A stretch of 64,000 nt of DNA, taken from assembly GCA_964016885.1 (NCBI GenBank), contig OZ024743.1, forward strand, positions 223,200,001 through 223,264,000, written 5' to 3'. The stretch comes from Eledone cirrhosa (lineage: Eukaryota). The translations under genes and the position numbers were made by a program. The notes beneath the pieces were generated by a model. That model worked only from the letters and a program-made list of their open reading frames with translations. It was not told the origin of the DNA and made no database searches. How positions within the stretch are numbered: the first letter of the stretch is position 1; each line of letters opens with the position of its first letter. Shown here one piece after another: positions 21,858 to 35,800 of this stretch.

Positions 21858-23063
21858 TGTAGCGAAATCTGTCCACATCTTGACCCCTGGGTGACATTTA
21901 ACGGTCAAATTCTGGGTTACCTCCTTTTTGGCGTAAACAAGTCTATGCGTGGGGGATCTCTCGAGGTCACTCCAGTGGTTCACAGAGGAAGCGACAGATA
22001 TAAATTGCCTGTGTTACACCAGAGTTCGAAGCAGTTCCCGATAGAGTAACGATGTAAAACATTTGCTTTCTACAGATCCCTTGGGGTCTACAGACTATTA
22101 CTCTCTCTCCGGGTCCTACAGACTCTCACTTTCTCTTGTCACTGAGCTTTGACTACTACCTTGCTGCTACGACTAACGAACGATATCTTGCCACTCTCTA
22201 TTTCAGCATAACATCATCAACTTTTATGATTTGCAGTAATAATAAAAATAATAATAATGAAATTATTGTGTACAGTGCTCAGGTGCACTACAACTCATCA
22301 AAGGTGCATGTATAGTACATAGAATAATGTACAAATGTCAGGAAAATGAACAGTGTATGAGTCATGATATAATAATAATAACAATAATGAAATATTGTGT
22401 ACAGTGCCCAGGTGCACCACAACTCATCAAAAAAGTGCATGTACAGTACATAGGGCAATGCACAAACATCAGTAAAATGAACAGTGCACGAGTCATGATA
22501 CACACATGTGTGCATGTGTATGGAAGGGGTACATCAAGTGTAGTTTTGGCGTATTTCGGGAAGCATGAGTGTCTTAAAGGATGCAGTGTCTCGGCAGCTA
22601 ACAATTGACGCAGGCAGTTTGTTCCATGCTTCAGCAACTCTGAGCGTGAAAAAATGTCTACGAAAGTCATGGGAGCTGTGCTGTTTTCTGATCTTGTAGG
22701 CATGTCCACGTGTGTTAGACACATGGAGATCAAAGAGGCGCTCAGGGTTGCAATTGGCGAGATGGTTAAAACCTTTGTGGGTATTCACCAAGTCCATTGC
22801 CAGACGTCGGAGCTTCAATGAATCCATGCCCAGGGAAGCAAGGCGTTCAGAGTATGGTAGGTGTCTGATGGAGGGTATGCGCTTGGTTGCACGTCTCTGA
22901 ACAAGTTTCCAGGAGGTCAATGTTCTGAGCAAGATAGGGGTTCCAGACTTATTCTTTGTTCCTTTATTCACTGAAGTGAAGTAAATTTTATATTTAAACG
23001 AAACTATTTATTTTGTTGTGTTATTTCATCTCTAACAACACTTACTGACTTTGCTTCGCTTCA
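21858..23063 (+). mobile_element. Solo LTR interrupted by a CR1 insertion
   Basis: TATC|TGTAGCGAA...TTCGCTTCA|TATC: TG..CA termini, short inverted ends, 4-bp target duplication. Confidence 0.7.
22238..22947 (-). mobile_element. CR1-type LINE 3' fragment, nearly identical to the full-length copy, inserted in a solo LTR
   Basis: Matches about 11870-12557 including the duplicated 3' UTR. Confidence 0.9.
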
Positions 23064-23106
23064 TATCAACACTAGATAAACACTATTTATGTAAATAAAA
23101 ATTAAA

Positions 23107-23154
<48 letters not shown>

Positions 23155-23556
23155 TTGGTCAATGGGATACAGCCTTTCATCTTTACGGGGTTGATAAAAT
23201 AAAGTACCAGCAATGCACTAGGTAATTGCTGGCCTTGTGCCAAAAGTAGAAACAATTATTTTCAACTGATTTTAATTGCACTTCAATATATAGAAGGCTT
23301 ATAGGATTTTGCTTCCCTCTCGAGCATCAATTACTTTAATCCCACATTTTCTTTCTTCCTCTTTAATAGTCTTCCTTATATCTCATTAATCTCTTACTAT
23401 CTTTTACTCTCACCTACCTAGCTTACTCACACACTCTCTCTATTTTACGCCCCCCTTTCTAGATCTCGTACTCTCACCACTCCCAGCTTACTCTTTCTTC
23501 TATTAGAGTGTTGGGAGAGTGAGGAAGGACAACACAATACATTACAAGGCGATGCA

Positions 23557-23840
23557 ATGTTGTTGATCGTCGAAATGATATTTCTCTTGCGAGATGTAAT
23601 CATCGCTTTCGTGGCAGCTGTGTGGAATTTCTTCATTATACCCAAATGCAAAGATGTAGAGGGCGAAATTGTACTAATCACTGGCTCTGCTAATGGTATC
23701 GGTCGGGGCCTTGCGCTGGCTTTTGCCCGACTTGGCTGCACCCTTGTTCTGTGGGACATCGATGAAGTCGGAAACGAGGAGACTGCCAAGTTGGTTACAG
23801 AAGCTGGCGCTAATGTTTTCCCCTACTACTGTGACTTAAG
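23557..23840 (+). CDS. SDR16C-like exon 1
   Basis: MLLIVE...[15 protein letters not shown]...YYCDL AG|gtaact. Confidence 0.92.
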
Positions 23841-26800
23841 GTAACTCCAGTTACTCATTATTCTTTATATAGGTTGTTAAATTTATTAATATGATATGCA
23901 GGTAAGACCGTCGATTGCCATAACGCATAAACAAAACACAGAAAATCGAAGCCAAGCCAGATATTATTACATAAAGAATTGTGAGCAATTTGTAATATTA
24001 TTTATGTATATATACATTATTTAACAAAAATATGGTTTCAGACAGTTTAGTATCCAAAAGATATGTAATTTGTATACAATAAATTACTTTCACAAGCATA
24101 TATACAGTTATAACGGAATACTCCATTGTTTTACCGGCGAAGATCCGAAACCGAATCTGAGTTTTCTCGCCTCTGCGACAATCTATCGTTGGAAGTTCTC
24201 ACCGTTGTCCTGTCAAGACAACGATGATAAATGTACATTCCATTTGACCTGTGACCCCAACCCCTTGGGAGATGCTAACCACAGGTCAGATGGAATGTAC
24301 ATTTATCATCGTTGTCTTGACAGGTCAATGGTGAGAACTTCCAACGATAGATTGTCCCAGAGGCGAGAAAGCTCAAATTCAGTTTCGATCTTCGTCGGTA
24401 AAGCCTAGGAGTATTGCGTTATACAGTACTAAAAAAGATGAAAAAATGGGGTACAAGACATGCACACTCAATCACGATACAAGAGGCGTTGGTGCTTCCT
24501 TCTAATAATATCCGAGGTAACCCAACACACTGACAGCATTACCATGGGTGATGGCGAGGCTAAGACACTGGAATAACGAAGCACCCTCGCATGCATCATC
24601 TAATAGACCGGTAAGATAAGCTGCCAACAATGACAAGAAATTCGTTGTCAGCGTTCCAGCTGCCTATGATGCATCGAACACCACAAGCTAAAAGAAATAA
24701 TCTATATTATCGCCTATTAGCCCTATCGGATTTTTGTTTTCCGAGTTTTGTCTCTCTCTCTCTTCTTCTAAGTAGACATCATCTGTAAAGTTAAAAAATT
24801 CGCTTTACAGTCACCTGGTTTCCATTTCGACCCTTCTACAGCACCTTCAGCAAATGTTTTCTTCCATAATTGTGGTAAAAGTATGAGTTGAATTTGTTAG
24901 ACAGAAATGTCGGTGTGGTATATCATGCACATGTATTTATTATGTACAAACACACACATTTGCGCGTGTGTTTCGCCGATTTTTACATCTGATATCTTTA
25001 GTGTTGTTCTTCACCGAGCTACGCAGAAAGATATCTGATCATTGTCGCCGTCGGAAATACTTATTTCGTTGATCTTTGTACTTGTATACAAAACACCCCC
25101 TTCGGTATATTAATGCATGTGTGTGTGTTTGTGAATACATTTAATTACATAATTTCATGTACAGTACATCGTTTATTTCAATATAAAATAAGCACTTTTT
25201 ATTAAATAATATATATAAATAACATTATAAATTGCTCACAATTCTTTCAGAATAACATTACAAATTTAATGTCGTTGATAAACACAAATATAAACGCATA
25301 TAATAAACACAACCAACCATTGCTAGAAATCTCTTGAAAAGTTTATCTATGTAGGAGGGTCGGCTGAAAAGTTAATGGAATGACCAAATGAGGTTTATTT
25401 CTCTACATAGTCCCTGGAAAGATACAATGAAGTTATAAATAAGAAGAGTTGAAATGAATGCACGCAAAATTTCACAACTTTAGCATCACTCTTTCATAGT
25501 AAGCTTATGAACTTTTCAGCCCACCCTCGTATAATAATTGTTTCTACTTTTGGGTCAAGACCAGCAATTATTCCAGTGAATTACTGGTACTTTATTTTAT
25601 CGACCCCGTAAGGATGAAAGGCAAAGTTAACCACGGCAGGATTTGAACTCAGACTGCAAAGGGCCGTAACTCTATGCTGCAAAGCATGGCGTTCGACCCT
25701 CTATCGATATTGCCAATCCTCCGCCACCCTCGTATAATAATTGTTTCTACTTTGGCACAAGGCCAGCAAATACCTAGTACATTACTGGTACTTAATAATT
25801 ATTTCTACTTTTGGCACAATGCCAGCAATTATCTCAGTGCATTACTGGTACTTTACTTTGTACTTAATAATTGTTTCTACATTTGGCACAAGACCAGCAA
25901 TTATTCCAGTGTATTACTGGTACTTTATTTTATCGACCCCGAAAGGATGAAAGGCAAAGTTAACCTCGGCGGGATAATGTATATCAGTTTGTCTGTAGTG
26001 GAACTATTTTTTTGTCATTCTCTCTGTCAGTAGAATGTTTCTATTGATTTGTTTCTTTTGTAAATGATATATTCATTACACAAACTCATATTTACTGATA
26101 GGGTGACTTCGGAAAAATGATATGGCAAAGAAAAATAGTTTTTTAAGATACTACAAAGTTAGGAGAGAGAGAGATTACGAAACTCAAAATTCTAAACAAT
26201 AAGAGTCACTATCGTTGTTACGTCCGAGTAGTAAAGTAAACATTTTACTCTGTCAATACGATTGAGAAATCAAAGTTCATTAGATGGGGTATTTTCTTTC
26301 AGTTTGTTCGTTTTAGTTATTCAACCTTACACCACCCTACATTTAGTAAATTGGGACGGTTGACATTTCTCGAAATATTTTCCTCACACTGGTGACACAA
26401 AAATGTTGTTTATTTATTTATTTATTATTTATTTATTTATTTATTACATAAAGGTAAGACGGTCTTTGACACAATACCACATTCTGTTATCTGGTGGTCC
26501 TTAAGGATACTGGATGTAGATAAGTGGCGTGTGAGAGCAGTGCAAGGCATATATAAAGGAGCTGTCTGTTAAGTAAGAGTGGCATTGGGGTTAGTGAGGA
26601 ATTCAATGTGCAGGTACTCTGTATACTTCAATTTATTCACGTTTATAATAACATATATAATGACACAATGCTTAGAGGAAAGTCATAAAATCACATATCA
26701 ACACAAGTGGATAAGTTCCTTCAGAATGAAAATATAAACAAAGCATATAAATAAATCATATAAATAAATTTAATAAATAAATAAATGTTTTAAATATATA

Positions 26801-29800
26801 CATAAATAACATTACAAATGTCTCGGTAACACTACAACGGATGATATAATGAAAGATAAATTCCTTCAATGCTACAATATTAAAGAAAATGTAAAAGAAG
26901 GTGTGAACAACGGAGCCAACACCAGAGCGAAAGACAGCAACGCCGCGAGTACTGGGAAACCTCTCTAATGATTTTTGAGGCAAGCCAGCACACTCGCAGC
27001 GTTGCCCCGGGTGATGGCGAGGCTGATGCGCTGAAACAGCCAAGCATCCTCGCGATATTCGCCAGTCACCTCAATTAGGCGAGCCGCCAGTGAGGAAAGG
27101 AACCTCGCTGTCAGCGGCTCAACTCCTCCAAACGTCTCGAAAACCACAGGCTGAAAAATGTAGCTGGCCGACAGAGCAGAGTATTTGAGTGACTCTTAGG
27201 TCTTGAATACCCCCCCCCCCCCTCGCTTATTAAATTTGACTAATCTATCTCTGGCGAAATTTTATTGTGATTCATATTGATAGCTGGAGAACCTAAGGGT
27301 CTTACTCCGCTCGGCTGCAGAAGCTGTGGCTCTCGTCCTAACCGCAGCATCCAGGATGTGGGAAAGAGCAAAAGAGTCACTAACAGTGACGTCCCAGACA
27401 AGGCACCTGCCTCTCGACCAAGGGCACAGGGTAAGACCGTCAGGTCTTTTGTCGTCACTTCTGGACAACCCAGATGGTTCCAAGACTGAAGGGATATTCG
27501 CCCGTGCCAAAGCTCTCTTGAGGATGAGGTTTAGCTCCATGTGACGCGCGAAGTGGCCGGCATTCAGGCAGCAAGAAAGATGGTGGAGGCCTGTGGAGTC
27601 GAAGAGTTTGCCGCATCGGCACCTCAAACCCATGCAGACGTCAGCTCCCACTCTGAGGGCGATGGAGACACGAAGTTCATCCAGGCTGAGTAGGCCACCA
27701 ATGTTGACCACGGGTAGGGCATCGACCCAGTCACCTGAGTATTTGGTGCTGGCAGATAGTAAGCGGCACCTTGCAAACTGATCTGACTGGACAAAGAGGG
27801 AGTCGAAGGTGGCCTTTGAACTTATGCTGTCCCAAGTTCTCTGACTCCGACTTCCTCCACCTTCTCAGGAAGAGACAAGCTCAACTCACTCCATTGCTGG
27901 AGAGCTTCACCCAACTCCCTGTTGGAACTAGTCCATGTTGGAGAGGATGCTGCTCACCAGGGTGGAGCAAGCGTGAGTGGAGGAAAGGAAGCAGGGGAGA
28001 GAGAGACGAACACTTACGAAGACCAAGACCCCCAAATCGCTTGGGCAACGCAGCCTGATCGCAGGACTCTGGAGAGAGTCTAACATTGACCAGGCACTCG
28101 AGTCTCTCGAAGATTAGGTGTCGAAGTGTTGGAGGCAGGATGGAAATCTGTGAGAGGGGCTGACCCTGAGCAGATACAGAAGCTTAGGAATAGACAGGTA
28201 GTTTCTGAGTATGAAGAAACCTTGATGGGGTTCGATAACTTCGATATTCCTCAGCAGCTGCTCAAGGCCAACCATCTTCAATTGGAAGGTTGACTCGAAG
28301 GCCAGGTCTGTGATTGGGGCTCCTAAGGAGCACCAAGCCGACGGGGAGGGACCGCGATGGAAGGGAAGGACTCTGCGAACAGGTCGATCAGCTGTTGGTG
28401 TTGAGAAGCTGGGTGGTTGAGGATCCAGAGGTCACATTTGGAGCTATTGATCTTGAGACTTTGGCGGCCAAGCTCCTCCACCATCTTGTTGGTAGTGGTG
28501 AGAACCATATCCGGAGTTCCCCCCAAACAGGCGTCGTCGAGGTACCAGACATTGAGGTCCAACTCAATCCCCATCTTGGTGACGTCATCAATGCCCAGTG
28601 CAAACAGAGCGGGCCCGAGTGGGTCACCCTGTTGGACTCCTGAGGCAGAGGTGATGATTTTACATTAAAAAAACATTATATATGACAAAAAAAGAACATT
28701 ACAAGAAATCACATATTTATGAACGTACACTATACAATTTCCGACCCTCCCCTCTGCTTCTAAGAATTTAAGCAAATGTCCCCCTCCCTATTATTTGGGA
28801 TCCAGGTGTAGGTGTTTACCAAGGCTCAGTCCTCTGTCTCCTATTTATTATAATACTAAAGACATTTTTTCCAATTCCATCCCGCCCGTCCCCTTAATCT
28901 ATTTTATTTCTCATTCTTTCTTCTGATGAAGGACTAGCGTCCAAAACGTTAAGACCCTCTTCCTCCTATATCAAGCTTTAACCTAATATATGCCTTCCAT
29001 ATACTGTACCGATTGTGTTGTTATTTCTGTTTACCTTTTACATATATATATATATGCACACAAGGGTTGGTTGAAAAGTTCATAGGCTGACTATAAATGA
29101 GTGTTCCTAGAACTGAGAAATCTTGCGTGCATTAATTTCAACACTTTTTATTGATAACTGCATTGTTTCTTCCCAGGAGCTATGTTGCAAAATAAACCTC
29201 ATTTGGTCTTTCCATGAGAGTATCTTAGTCAGCCAATGAACTTTTCAGCCGACCCTCATATATATATATATATGGCATTGCGCAGTAATACAGAAAACAT
29301 GCCTTTGCATGTGCACAGACTGAAGCATAGCAGGCACCTCTTAACCACTATACTCCCACCCATCCACTCCTGTCCACACTACCCGTACACTGTGAACAAA
29401 ATATATCCTGCCCACACTGTAAAGTGGTCATGTAGCAGTCACGATAAAAAGCACCCAGGACACACTGTAAATGTGGTTGGCATTAGGAAGGGCATCTAGC
29501 CATACAAAACCTAACCAGAAACAGTTCTATATGAATAAGACATGGTCACCTGCCTCAAATGGGATGACCCATCTAACCCATGCTAGCGTGAAAAATGGAC
29601 GTTAAATGATGATGATGATGATGATGATATATACACACTGAAACTGTTAAGACTTACAGTCAAGAGATTTACAGCTAGTATCCTGCAAAAACTGAACAAA
29701 ACCTCACAAACACACAGTTATTATTTCTAATAAGATTAGTTTACAGCCCCACTTAATGCTGAAATCAATATTGAACAATTGAATTCTAACAGATTTAGAA

Positions 29801-32800
29801 AACTATCAGCCAAACCTACACTCCATTTCACATTAATTATGCTTATCATATAACAAATGAACCTCTATGTATATTGTTGCTGTTGGACCTGGGGTAGTTC
29901 CAACAATGAATGTTCCAGTCAAAAGCTTGCTTGTTAAATTAATATGTAAGTGCCTGAACATACCATAGACATGTATACTCTTGATATCATTTTTAATGTG
30001 ACACAGTTTGTGACATGGCTAGCTCTTTGAATTTCAGGTACAACTCATTTTTTTACTAGCCGTGTGAACTGGAGCAATGTGAAATAAAGTGTCTTGCTCA
30101 TGGACGCTTTGTTGTTACTGTTGTTATTGGACCTGAGGTGGATCCAACGATGAGTGTTCCAGTCAATTCAATCAGCAGAACAGCTTGCTTGTAAAATTAA
30201 TATGCAAGTGGCAGAGCACCCTACAGACCATTAACACAATTCTCAGGGAGATTCAGTGTGACATAATGTGTGACAAGATTGGCTCTTTGAATCAAAGGTA
30301 CAACTCATTTTTTACTAGCTGAGTGGACTGAAGCAATGTAAAATAAAGTATCTTGATCAATAATACAATACTCCACCTGGTCCAGGAACATGTCCTATTT
30401 ACATACTTCCCTGTGGATTGTAAAATATGAATAGCATGATCCGAGTTTCAGTCCTTGTTGGACTCTCATCAGAAGCTATTGACATCTCTCACAATCTACA
30501 GAGAAATATGTAATTAAAGACATTATATACCAATTAAATATGGCAGAAACAGAAAACTGGATTTGCTAATTTACATAATGTTAGTACTTACAGTTGTATG
30601 TAGTTTATGTACTATTTAAATTGTACACTCAGCAACTGAAGTATATTATAAACTCATATGTACTATTTCTACTCAATTGCATTGTAATGTGTGTTTGTTG
30701 GCCACGAGGCAAATAAAAATCCTCCCTCATCACCACCACTACTGCTATACCATCATCATTGTCATCATCATCCAAGAAATATTTTAAAAGGATGTGCTCC
30801 AACTATAAAAATCTGTCCCACGCCTAGAGGCTCTTTTGGGCGAAGCTTATGTTGATTTCATTGGTGTTAAGCAACTGAGAGTATAAGATTATTCATGTAC
30901 AACTGAATTGAATGGAACAATGTAAATTAACCCTTTAGCATTTACATTACTCCATATTTACTATTGTATTTTCACAGTAAACACTTTATTTCACATAATA
31001 TAAATTCTATATAAACCGGTTATGACCGTTTTGAACAGAAAGAGGTGAGAGAATTCTGGCTGGATACGGCCGGTGTAAATGCTAAAGGGTTAAAGAGTTT
31101 TGACTCAAGAACACTGTGTAGCACCCAGTTCAAGAACCCCACCCACGACATTACAATCATAAGTTCAACAGCTTAACTACATAGTTGTATATCTTCAGAT
31201 GTTTCAACTAGGAATACATCTAAATATCTTGCTTTATTCTTTCTATTTTTGAAAGTCAAAGGAAAGAAATATACAGAGTTGGTAAGAAGGTACAGAAGGA
31301 AGTGGGAGATGTTACCATTTTAGTCAACAATGCTGGTGTTGTGATAGGAAAGGGCTTCTTGGAATGTCCAGATGAAGAAATTGAAAATTCCTTTCATATC
31401 AATATACTTGCTTATTTTTGGGTAAGTTTTTCATAATTTTTATCATCTTTTCTTAGTTTTCCTCCTCTTTCAAGGATATTACAGATGTTTTTCAGTTTAA
31501 CTTTTTTAATACCAAACCACCTGAAACTGACCCTGGTTTTATGATACAAATCTGTATATTTTAACCCTTTAGCATTTACATTACTCTATATTTACTATTG
31601 TATTTTAGCAGTAAAAGCTTTATCTCACATATATTATTTATTTTGAGAAAATAAATAAGTTGACTTTGCCTTTCATCCTTACGGGGTCGATAAAATAAAG
31701 TACCAGCAATTGGGTAATTGCTGGCCTTGTGCCTAAAGTAGAAACAATTATTTGTTTTGAGAACAATACCTTAACATCGGTATGAGTGGCCAGTTATGGC
31801 TGGTTTGAACAGAAAGATGTAAGAGAATTCTGGCCAGATACGGCTGGCTTAAATTCTAAAGGGTTAAAGTGTTTTTATGTATCTAAAAACATTCCAGGAT
31901 AACTTTATGTTATGCTCTAAACAGCAGCTAAATATCGAGGAAATTAGTTATATTACTAAATCTTCCAAATTTTTGATTATCTTCAAAATTATTTGTAAAC
32001 CCTCGGCTGTGCCTTCAATCAGAAATATGTTAATGAAGGGTTACCCCATCTCTGCTGTTGAGGCAGCATTCTGATTTCAAACTTTACTACAAAATAAAAA
32101 TGTCTGCATTTATACAAAATTTATTCTCCCTACCACTCTTTTTCATCTGGATGCTATCAGCAAAGTCATCTATTTACTAAAATTCAGAGTCTCTCTTCAT
32201 TCATTTAACCCTTTTGATACTATATGCAGACCTGTCAACTCTCCCTGTCCGACGGGGAGATCTCCCACCCACTTTGGAGTGGGTGAGATGTCTTCTCCTG
32301 TGAGAATGGGTATAGCTTTCATTATGTAAAATCTCCACATTTTGCCTTATTTCTCCCTGTTTTGGGGGTATTTTTTTTCATGGTATTCCCTTTTGGGGTT
32401 TTTAGAGGTTGGCAGGTCTGTATATGAAACAAAACATCCCCTTTTAAAGAGTTCCTATCTAAATTCTGCTCCAAACATCAACTAAACAATGGGAAAGTTA
32501 AGTATATTACTAAATTATTGATTATTTTCAAAATTATTTGAAAAGCATTGGCCGTGTCTTTCATTAGAAATATGGTAATGAAAAGTTTAAGAGTGGATTT
32601 TCCCAGAGCAAACCTTGGGAAGAGAAGGACATCAACCCATTTTAGGAAGGATTATCTATGATTAGAAACCTAATCCAAACGTCAAGTCCACTGCAGCAAC
32701 TATGTTTACAATAGTGGATTATCTATACTGATTGTTTAGTCAGCTTTTCATCTAAACTAACTCGGAACAATCTCAGCTCCAATCAAGCATTTGCAATAAT

Positions 32801-35800
32801 AAATTTTGTTATATAATTAACTGGCTTAGCCTGCAGTATAGTTATATTTTCAATATGTTATACACATATCTATACAGGTATGCACACATACATACATATG
32901 TACACACACACCTATAGGCATGCACACAAACCATTTAATAGAGAATGGTGAGATAATTTGATTGTACCAAGACTGATAATATGTAGCAGCATAACTGCTA
33001 TTGATTAGTCAATATATTGATATTATATAATAATAATAATGAAAGTTATTGTGTACAGTGCTCAGGTGCACCACAGCTCATCAAAGGTGCATGTATAATT
33101 CATAGAATAATGTACAAATGTCAGGAATGTGAACAGTCATGATATACACACAAATCATGGTTCATTCAACCTTTTGGAACAATCATAAAACAATAAACTA
33201 ATTAAGCACTTAAACTTGCTTTTTTGTTTTCATTGTTTATAAAATAAAAATAATAATGAAATGCTCAGGTGCACTACAACTTGTCAAAGGTGCATGTATA
33301 GTACATAGAATAATATACAAATATTCACGGAAATGAATAGTGTATGAGTCATGATATACATGTGTGCGTGTGTATGGAGGGGGAATATTAGGTGTGGTGT
33401 TGGCAAATCTCAGGAAGCATGGGGGTTTTAAAGATGCAGTGTCTCGACAGCTAATAACTGATGCAGGTTGTTTGTTCCATGCTTCAGCAACTTTGAGCGT
33501 GAAAAAGCGTTTCTGAAAGTCATGGGAGCTGTACTGTTTTCTGACTTTGTTGGCATGCCCACGTGTGTTAGACACATGGAATTCAGAAAGGTACTCAGGG
33601 TTGTTGTTGGCAAGATGGTTAATAATTTTGTGGGTGTTTACCAAGTCAGTTGCCAGACATCGGAGCTTCAATGTATCCATGCCCAGGGAAGCAAGGCGTT
33701 CAGAGTATGGTAGATGCTTGATGGAGGGTATCTGCTTGGTTGCACGTCTCTGAACAGTTTCCAGGTGGTCAATGTTCTGAGCAAGATAGGGGTTGCAGAC
33801 TGGTGATGCAAATTCTAAGTGTGGCCGCACCATAGCTATATACAGCTTTAAATAGATAGCTGGAGAGTGGCTGACAAAGATCTTGCCGAGTGATGCAAAG
33901 ACACCCTCGGCCTTCTTGACAATTTTAGAGACGTGCTTTGTCCAACGCAAATCGCTGCTGACCGTAATGCCCAGGTCATGTTCACACCTTTATAAGTTAC
34001 AGTGTGTAATTTTTGTTCAGTTCCTTTGGCAAAAATATTCTCATTGGCTTGAAATAATGAATTGACACACACACACACACACACACATATATATGGCATC
34101 AAACCATAGAAACCAAGTCAGAAACAGTTCTATGTGAGCAAGGCACGGTCACCAGACCCAACTTGCCTGAAATGGGACAACCCGTCTAACCCATGCTAGC
34201 ATGGAAAAATGGATGTTAGACGGTGATGATGATGATATAACCCTTGAGTTTAAATCTCACCAAGGTCCACTTTACCTTTCATCCTTTCATGGTTGGTAAA
34301 GGAAGTGCCAGCCTAGTGCTGGTGCAAACCCCCCTCCTTTCAGCTGTTACATCCTGTATGTTACACTGGATTAAATGGCCAGGACTTTTTGATGTAATGT
34401 TTTACAGTTGGATGTACTTCTTGACGCTAACCCCTGTAGTTGCTTTTTATGACACTCAGGGATATGGTGTACCTATTCTAAACCAGACACACAATGGAAA
34501 GACTAATGGAAAAATAGTTTTCTTTGTATGATTGGATGATCAGCTTATTTCTTTTTTCTTTTCTACCTATCTAACATGGATGATCAGCTTATTTCTTTTT
34601 TCTTTTCTACCTATCTAACATTGCTTGATATGACCCACTGTGGCAAAGGTATACTCTTCAAATCACCCCCATCATATGTCAGGCAACACTTTAGTATATA
34701 TAACATATAATTCTCTTTCATGCAATTTACTGGTTTGTTTTCTTTGTTGACAGACTATAAAAGTATTTCTACCAAAAATGATTGAGAAAAACCATGGACA
34801 TATTGTAAACATGTCGAGTTCTTTGGGCCTGACAGGAATAAACAAGTTAACTGATTATTGTGCCACAAAATTTGCTGTGGTTGGTTTCAACGAAGTCTTA
34901 AGCTATGAACTTCAATATGACCACCTTGATGGTGTTAAGACAACCCTGATTTGTCCACAGTGTGTAAAAACACGGATGTTTGAAGGCTGTAAATTGAGGT
35001 AAGGAAACATTTATTAAAGGTTTGATGTATAGATGTGTGTGTAATAAAGATTTAGTTTATTTTTATTAAGTAAGAAAGAAAACATGACTCTGGTTCCATC
35101 AGGGAAACAGCACTGCTCAATGTTAAGAAATGGAGTAGAGAGGAATTCTGTATGGTGTACTTAGTGTACAATATGAGTACACAAGAGATATAGTGGGATA
35201 GCAGGCAGGTTAATAGAAAAGGTAGACTTTGTATGTGGCAAATACACAGGGATAGTTGGTTGTAAGAGCAATTCCAATCCAGAGAAATTTTCATAGATCA
35301 ATTGATAGTTTTTGTTGCTTAGGAGGCCATATTAGCAGTGGATGATGTTTCCCTGAAAACATAGTAGCTAGAATAAAAACAGAGTGAGAAAAGTTCAGGG
35401 TGCTAATGTTACTATTGACAACAAACAGATTTTTACTCCAAGTGAAAGGTAATGTTGTATGATGCCTGCATGTGAAGCATGATGCTGCATGGTAGTGAGA
35501 CATGAGTAGTGAATGCAGATAATATGTGAAGACTGAAGAAAAGTGAATTGAACATGCTCTGATGGATGTGTAATGTGAGAGTGCATGAAAGACGAATCAT
35601 GGAGTAGCTGAGAGAAAAAGTGGGCATAAGAGGAATTAGATGCAGTGTGGAGAAGAGAAGATTATATTAGTATGAATATGTGATGTATATGGATGATGAT
35701 CTGGTGGAAGGAAGCTGCAATAGAGAAAGACTGAAGACAACTTGGGCTGAAGAAGTGAGAGACGATCTCAAATTGCTGAATCTTCTATTTCCATAGTCAG

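Noticed and set aside
17352-23063. Single full-length LTR retrotransposon bounded by the two LTRs
   Set aside because: Each LTR has its own target duplication, they are quite diverged, and the interior holds CRE, CR1 and SINE pieces rather than gag-pol
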